IMG/VR virus record: IMGVR_UViG_3300027793_000052
Location: 186,001 to 250,000 of that record
Strand: one strand, 5' to 3'
DNA: 64,000 nucleotides
The notes beneath the pieces are model-generated. The model searched no databases and was not told the origin of the DNA. It saw nothing but the letters and a program-made list of their open reading frames with translations. Shown piece by piece: positions 59,501 to 64,000 of this stretch (within the stretch, counting starts at the first letter, position 1; every line of letters begins with the position of its first letter). The position numbers and the translations under genes were made by a program.

Positions 59501-61016
59501 TTATAATTTACTTTATGATGATTTAGTTAATTTTGAAGACGGTGATGGTGTAAAATTAGATTGTGGTGAGGGTTGTAACGAATATTATCCTAAAGAAGTT
59601 GATATGCCAAGAGACATAAGGTGGTCTTTAAAATATAACCCACTTAGTGATGATGTTGGTAGTGGTTGCCCTAATTCTACAAAAATTAATGGTCGTTGTC
59701 CTGACGGTAATCCTTGTTCAAGTACACCTTTGGAAGACGGTCAAGCAAATTCAAAAACCGCTAAACTACAAAGATATGTTTCTATTACATTAGAAGAAAA
59801 TACTGATATACAAACTTCTATTTTAAATACAATAAATTTAAAAAATCAACCAGAGTTTTTAAAACAACAAGAATTAAAAAACAAACAAGAAAGGGACGCT
59901 AGAGAAAGTTTAATAGGTAGATTTATAACAGAAATGGATTATTTTTCAGAATTAGAAAGAACCGACCCTGTGGCTTTTAAAAATTTACATGACAAAATTG
60001 ATAACTTTCATCCAGCCTTTCATTCTATGACACCTGAAGGTCTTAACTCTCGTTTAACATTTTTATTACAATGTACAAGACAAGGACCACAATTAATAGA
60101 TGAAGGTACTACACCACAAAACATGGTGTTCGGTAGACCACCCATTTGTGTTTTAAGAATTGGTGATTTTTATCATACTAAAATTGTTATCGATTCCGTT
60201 AATATAACTTATGAACCTTTACAATGGGATTTAAATCCAGAAGGTATTGGTGTACAACCTATGATTGCCAAAGTTAGTATGGGATTTAAGTTTATTGGTG
60301 GTTCTTCATTGGGTGGACCTATAAAACAACTACAAAACGCTGTGTCTTATAACTTTTTTGCTAACACAGGTGTTTATAGACCGTTTAAGAAAATTGTCGA
60401 CGATAACGTTCAAAGTAAAAAATCTTTAGTTTATGGAGCCTTTTTAACACCTGATCAGGCAGAAGATTTTTATAACCCAAAATTAGGTAGTGAGGATAAT
60501 CCAATACAACTAAAGGAGGTTGAAATAACCGCTGGTAATGATGATACTAGTAATGTAACTACGGATGATAAAACTAAAAAAGAAATAGAAGACGGTTCGT
60601 CAAAAAATTTAGATGACAAAGAAAAAACAACAGACGGTGACAATAAACCTAAAACAACAACACCAAAAGAAAAAGTAGATGTAGGTCAAATAATAGTTAA
60701 CGCAAACGGTACTGTAACAGTAAGTGACATAAACACAACAGTTAAAAAAGGTGGTACATATAGAGTTCTTTACAAACTTGTTAATAAAATGATATCACCG
60801 GTTATTATAACAAATGTTAGTTATTCTGATTGTCCTTCTTGTACTAAACCCACATCACAATTCCCAAAACAACCTGTTTTAAAAAATCAAACAATAGATA
60901 TATGGGTTTACGACACACCAAAAATAGACTTATATACGCAGAAAAGTGCAAATATAAATTTAATTACTAATGGACCTAAAAGTATTGTAATAAAACCTAT
61001 AATAAAACCAGAATAA
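56571..61016 (+). CDS. Large baseplate/tube-initiator protein with OmpA-like and DUF1573-like domains
   Basis: WFPPY...WETTSFIGRGEPIYTYNNSER tube-like domain; IVGYTS...FNQKLAEDRVNSV...RYVSI OmpA-like; C-terminal PVIITNV..SDCPSCT.P...P..PV. Confidence 0.7.
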   Translation: MSNQINPFNYNIDNFDSGFLGPISDTNFRNFLFTHSLASVNPIVGGVLGGNPLADRGTEYDIAQSTFNVIDIPNLTDVAVQPSFYNNLTEPRPDNLDRNLQQINQQVVDNTSVSSTNPDQEGRNVDAATLLNINPTIIDLPGLKEVSNTPSFYNNFTNPKQDNLDFNPTKDELISWYPYQNYINILNQEYDTYNTDWTVPTTLRIGYVGNVDEWVLGGNIVTTSDVRDRGYYMLNNVYGPKDIIQYYTSNNKRENNSSVVEQLDEVLTQGTGFKQYNTKVSGDFRDALLSRSLGVGIIPFSEVSSGINYEPIEGEGPSELDKEARKRRGIELKNRIQLNFVDDTLGIVNTNVFGILAGGTLLNRDFSITRPKSNLGKVADFIANLTGFNYPKSILEPDDLNLLSYNKEVQVGREINPSNINEIDVASDLLDRTGKATRELIIDTTNINKYGPNFEGEYTKFNDGTYLSDDDSLITKQNQKRGPIPTNDGEVSDDTQEGGFYGQNEYPRKNPFSYVSGFNSLDNNPDITDHTKFVWTSNETENKKSSNPFKKGLLKYTQNIVNNSKSDLNKLGGYIGYFDSLESKKDGVHKTGSDNPSTNPTLPSKGNQVRNVRVKKGGGTEGGDLYCRSWASTNRFGKSYEDLVRSGGNWWLGVKNNKNLVKDDNSLLTMNYGKNPTGIPKIAWTKEDLDRFKKIVRSEGDTRGMVIPYMFSIENLAWKDAVQYRYLPPSERGPNSGRIMWFPPYNLNFSENNSVNWETTSFIGRGEPIYTYNNSERTGNLDFTIIVDHPSVLNQLRDDFVSKVTDEKARDNIYHSFFAGCNMKELEELFSSYQIADKELTNEEIGFTPDTQQYQPVTASKPKAPPFDEIKIYFENCRSSTGDYGPPKNIGRSVSDLFVYGYEDTKSTIAGDNPNLDICSGTTGLNAGVIDKISKLVEFLLTPDGKNYKINIVGYTSPADPSSGFNQKLAEDRVNSVYNLLYDDLVNFEDGDGVKLDCGEGCNEYYPKEVDMPRDIRWSLKYNPLSDDVGSGCPNSTKINGRCPDGNPCSSTPLEDGQANSKTAKLQRYVSITLEENTDIQTSILNTINLKNQPEFLKQQELKNKQERDARESLIGRFITEMDYFSELERTDPVAFKNLHDKIDNFHPAFHSMTPEGLNSRLTFLLQCTRQGPQLIDEGTTPQNMVFGRPPICVLRIGDFYHTKIVIDSVNITYEPLQWDLNPEGIGVQPMIAKVSMGFKFIGGSSLGGPIKQLQNAVSYNFFANTGVYRPFKKIVDDNVQSKKSLVYGAFLTPDQAEDFYNPKLGSEDNPIQLKEVEITAGNDDTSNVTTDDKTKKEIEDGSSKNLDDKEKTTDGDNKPKTTTPKEKVDVGQIIVNANGTVTVSDINTTVKKGGTYRVLYKLVNKMISPVIITNVSYSDCPSCTKPTSQFPKQPVLKNQTIDIWVYDTPKIDLYTQKSANINLITNGPKSIVIKPIIKPE

Positions 61017-61017
61017 T

Positions 61018-61338
61018 ATGGCAAAACAATATTACGATAGATATCAAAATTTTAAAATTAACAATGAAGTAAAACCCTTACCTTTTATAAAAATACCAGA
61101 AAACACTTCTGATATTTTTATCGAATATAAAAGTAGGACAAGACTTGACATTGTTTCACAAAGGTATTATGGTGTACCTTATTATGGTTGGTTAATATTA
61201 CAGGCTAACCCACAATACGGTGGTTTAGAATTTGATATACCTGTCGGTAGTGTTATAAGAGTACCATACCCGTTAAACACCGTCCTACAAAGATACCAAG
61301 AAAATTTAAATACATATAATATTTTATACAATAAATAA
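61018..61338 (+). CDS. LysM-like/gp53-like baseplate wedge protein
   Basis: RLDIVSQRYYG.P.YGWLILQANP...DIP.G.VIRVP. Confidence 0.8.
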   Translation: MAKQYYDRYQNFKINNEVKPLPFIKIPENTSDIFIEYKSRTRLDIVSQRYYGVPYYGWLILQANPQYGGLEFDIPVGSVIRVPYPLNTVLQRYQENLNTYNILYNK

Positions 61339-61347
61339 TTTTAATTA

Positions 61348-64000
61348 ATGGGTTTATCGGAAAGTGAATTTAAACCAAAAGTTGATCCGACGGTTGGTGG
61401 TTTTAACAATATTAAAATAATAGATCCAAATCCTGCTGGTCAAGTTGTACCACATGAAGATATGATTATTTATGCTAGTTTAAGAGCTAGACAAAAAACA
61501 AAAACAGTACTTACTGAAGACGAAAATAGTAATTTAGTTATAGAACCAATTACACCAGTAAATACTATAGAATTAATATCACCACAACAAACAGAAATAA
61601 TTGATAATAAATTATTATTTAAAACAAAACCCAATCTTACTACTGATTGGACTGAGATTGGTGGGACATTAAAAAATGTGGGTAGTGATTTTGAAGGTTT
61701 TGGAATAACTAATATAAATATAGAAATAAAATCACAAACAACACCGATAGTTAACATAGATTTTGTTGATGTTCGTGGGGCTACATTATTTGAACAAGGT
61801 TCTTGTTCACCTTATGGTTTATTTTTTAATTTACCATACCCTATTTTTGAATTAACTTTAAAAGGATATTATGGTAGACCAGTAAAATATTACCTTAATT
61901 TAATGAATTTTACTTGTAAATTTAATTCATCTAACGGTAACATGGAGTGTTCTGGTAAATTCATAGGTTATACATTTGCTTTTCTTTCTGACATGATTGT
62001 TGGTTACATAGCTGCTTCACAATTTTTAGATGAAGATAAATATAAACCACAACAAATATTAAGAGAAAAATACAAAGCCACTAAAATACATTACAACAAT
62101 CAAGAATTGGATAGTGATATAGATGATACATCACCATTTTCACCTTGGTGTGACAATACGGCTATAGGTGATAATAGATGTACTACTATAATGGATTTGG
62201 TAAAACTTATTAATGTTTTTGAAAAAGACAACAAATCCAACATTATTAAAAGTCCGGAATTTTTTGAGTTACAAAACTTAGAGGCTCTACAAAAATTATT
62301 GACACAATATCGTGACACTGTTACAACTTTAATTAATCAATTACAAAGCCAAAACTATCTTTTTGAAAATAGTGAGGCTTATAAAGATGAAAATTTACCA
62401 CCACTTAAACAAAAATTAGTTTTAAATAACCCTGATCAAATTAATGAATTAAATAAACAAGATAGTGGTTTATTATACGGTTATTTTAATAAAAAAAATG
62501 GTACATTTTTAAATTTAGTAAAAGATATTTTAATAAAAAAAATAACAAATAATGATGTTTATGGTGATAGGTATACTAATTGTTTAAGTGAGGGTTTTAA
62601 CAATGATTATGTAAAAAGTATAGAAGAAAAAAATCCTGAAGAACAATTATATACTTTTTTTTATAATCTATTAGATAATAAACCTTTTCAATACGGTATT
62701 TTAAAAGGAATGTCTTATGCTGATAGCAATCAGATACAAAAAGATAAAAACGGTCAAACAATAAGTTTTATAGATTTTGGTTTTATATTAAAAGATATTG
62801 ACAATTCTTTAAAAATTTTAAATAACAACTCCTCAGACCCAAATCAACTTGGTGTAATAAATAAAAAAAGGTTAGAAGTTAATAAGGCAATCAATAATGT
62901 TTTTAGCACAACAATTGGTTTTAAACCCTCAATAAGAAATATATTTACTGTCATACTATGTAACACTGAAACTTTTATTGACATATTAGTAGACTTACAA
63001 GTAAAGGCTGAAGAATACCATGAACAAAACACACAAGTAACACCAAATGGACAAGGTGATATTTTTTCTGGTTATGATAAAGTATACCCATGGCCAACTT
63101 ACATTGAAAAAGGTTATACACCCCCATCTGGTTCTGCCAAAAACCAAGGTGAAAAAGAAGTATATCCAGGTAGAAGATACCCTAATTGGGTTGAGTGTAT
63201 ATTTGTTGAAGATTTTTTAAAAGCATTAAAAAAGTTTAAAGAAGAGACAAAAATAATTGAAAATGATACAACTGGTATAGGTGGTTTTGACAATTATGTA
63301 CCAATAAACCCATTGGAGTCACCTTTGTGGTATGAAAACCCTACAAAATACAAAGATGTTCACGATAAAGAAACCACTTACAGGATTATAGGTGAAAGAG
63401 CTTTTATTAATTTAGATCACAGTTATTTTTCACCAATTAGAATGACACCTGACATGTTGGACATGCCATTAGGTATTAGAAGGAAAGAAACAGAATGGAA
63501 TCCTATTAAAAACACAGATAATGGTCAGGACGATATTGCATCTATATTAGGAGCAATGGATGCTTGGAATTTATTAAACAGTAAAGATGACGGTGATAAA
63601 ATAAGTCTTGAGTTAAATTTAATTCTTAAAGAAAATGATCCCGAAAAATTTATACAATCCGTATTAAGTCGTTTAAAAACAGACGGATTTAATTGGACGG
63701 AAAAAACAGCAGCAGAAATATCCAATTTAAATACTACAATATCAACTGGAAGTACGTTAGGTGCTTCATATGGTTTTAATTGGGATGACGTGTATTATGT
63801 ATTAGATACTGGTAATAATGGAATAAAGTTAGACACTCTTGGAAAAGTTGTTATTCATGCTAATCCACATAAAATGGATTTCAATAATTTATTTAAAATA
63901 ATACCAGCACCAAACGGATCACCTGAAAGTAGTACTAGACAAATAGAAATAACCAATGACAAATTAGTTAGTCAAATAAACAACTACTCCGATAAAATAT
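61348..64000 (+). CDS. Large putative baseplate hub protein, partial (runs off window; absent from ORF track)
   Basis: ATG 61348; spot-checked stretches are open in frame and the track reports no stop-terminated ORF here; EDMIIYASL and IDFVDVRGATLF...SPY..FF.LPYP.F.LT.KGYYG motifs. Confidence 0.7.
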   Translation, partial: MGLSESEFKPKVDPTVGGFNNIKIIDPNPAGQVVPHEDMIIYASLRARQKTKTVLTEDENSNLVIEPITPVNTIELISPQQTEIIDNKLLFKTKPNLTTDWTEIGGTLKNVGSDFEGFGITNINIEIKSQTTPIVNIDFVDVRGATLFEQGSCSPYGLFFNLPYPIFELTLKGYYGRPVKYYLNLMNFTCKFNSSNGNMECSGKFIGYTFAFLSDMIVGYIAASQFLDEDKYKPQQILREKYKATKIHYNNQELDSDIDDTSPFSPWCDNTAIGDNRCTTIMDLVKLINVFEKDNKSNIIKSPEFFELQNLEALQKLLTQYRDTVTTLINQLQSQNYLFENSEAYKDENLPPLKQKLVLNNPDQINELNKQDSGLLYGYFNKKNGTFLNLVKDILIKKITNNDVYGDRYTNCLSEGFNNDYVKSIEEKNPEEQLYTFFYNLLDNKPFQYGILKGMSYADSNQIQKDKNGQTISFIDFGFILKDIDNSLKILNNNSSDPNQLGVINKKRLEVNKAINNVFSTTIGFKPSIRNIFTVILCNTETFIDILVDLQVKAEEYHEQNTQVTPNGQGDIFSGYDKVYPWPTYIEKGYTPPSGSAKNQGEKEVYPGRRYPNWVECIFVEDFLKALKKFKEETKIIENDTTGIGGFDNYVPINPLESPLWYENPTKYKDVHDKETTYRIIGERAFINLDHSYFSPIRMTPDMLDMPLGIRRKETEWNPIKNTDNGQDDIASILGAMDAWNLLNSKDDGDKISLELNLILKENDPEKFIQSVLSRLKTDGFNWTEKTAAEISNLNTTISTGSTLGASYGFNWDDVYYVLDTGNNGIKLDTLGKVVIHANPHKMDFNNLFKIIPAPNGSPESSTRQIEITNDKLVSQINNYSDKI

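Noticed and set aside
1-64000. CRISPR array, tRNA, rRNA, intron or intein
   Set aside because: No regularly spaced repeat-spacer array or cloverleaf was seen. The polB fragment, SNF2, ClpP, sheath and tube read through without insertions.
1-64000. Stop-codon reassignment as in some large Bacteroidota phages
   Set aside because: Conserved genes are full length in the standard code, and TAG and TGA occur at sensible gene ends (e.g. 33635, 47889, 20263, 39670).
33980-64000. Bacterial extracellular contractile injection system rather than a phage
   Set aside because: Head-neck genes, PolB, homing endonucleases and the lack of any host housekeeping genes indicate a phage genome.

Overview
AT-rich 64-kb segment of a large T4-like contractile-tailed (myovirus-type) bacteriophage, probably a jumbo phage and most likely infecting Bacteroidota. 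The host call rests on TTTG-N19-20-TAnnTTTG promoters, no evident Shine-Dalgarno sequences, a DUF1573-like domain and a Gln+1 signal peptide. Left to right it contains: the 5' half of a family-B DNA polymerase; a minus-strand fibre/adhesin cassette; gp13/14/15-like neck and tail-completion genes flanking a SNF2 helicase; a plus-strand fibre cassette with a 2687-aa fibre and three Gly-rich paralogues; tail sheath, tail tube, gp26/gp51-like chaperones, tape measure and baseplate genes. Interspersed are three free-standing endonucleases, a clpP/membrane-protein/SPFH operon, an M28-type peptidase, an unannotated RHH regulator and many small hypothetical proteins. Main hunt results: (1) about 9 unrelated proteins share an N-terminal M-x-x-(L/I)-I-(K/R)-K-I-(L/I)-x-E-like peptide resembling a capsid-targeting/prohead-protease signal; (2) a probable +1 ribosomal frameshift joins the tail chaperone pair; (3) a promoter- and terminator-bounded candidate small RNA lies convergent with an RNase-like gene; (4) two nuclease/Mom-like fusion paralogues sit directly behind the sheath and tube genes; (5) a recurrent ATATTTAT motif is a candidate late promoter. 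All family assignments come from recalled motifs; no database search was run.
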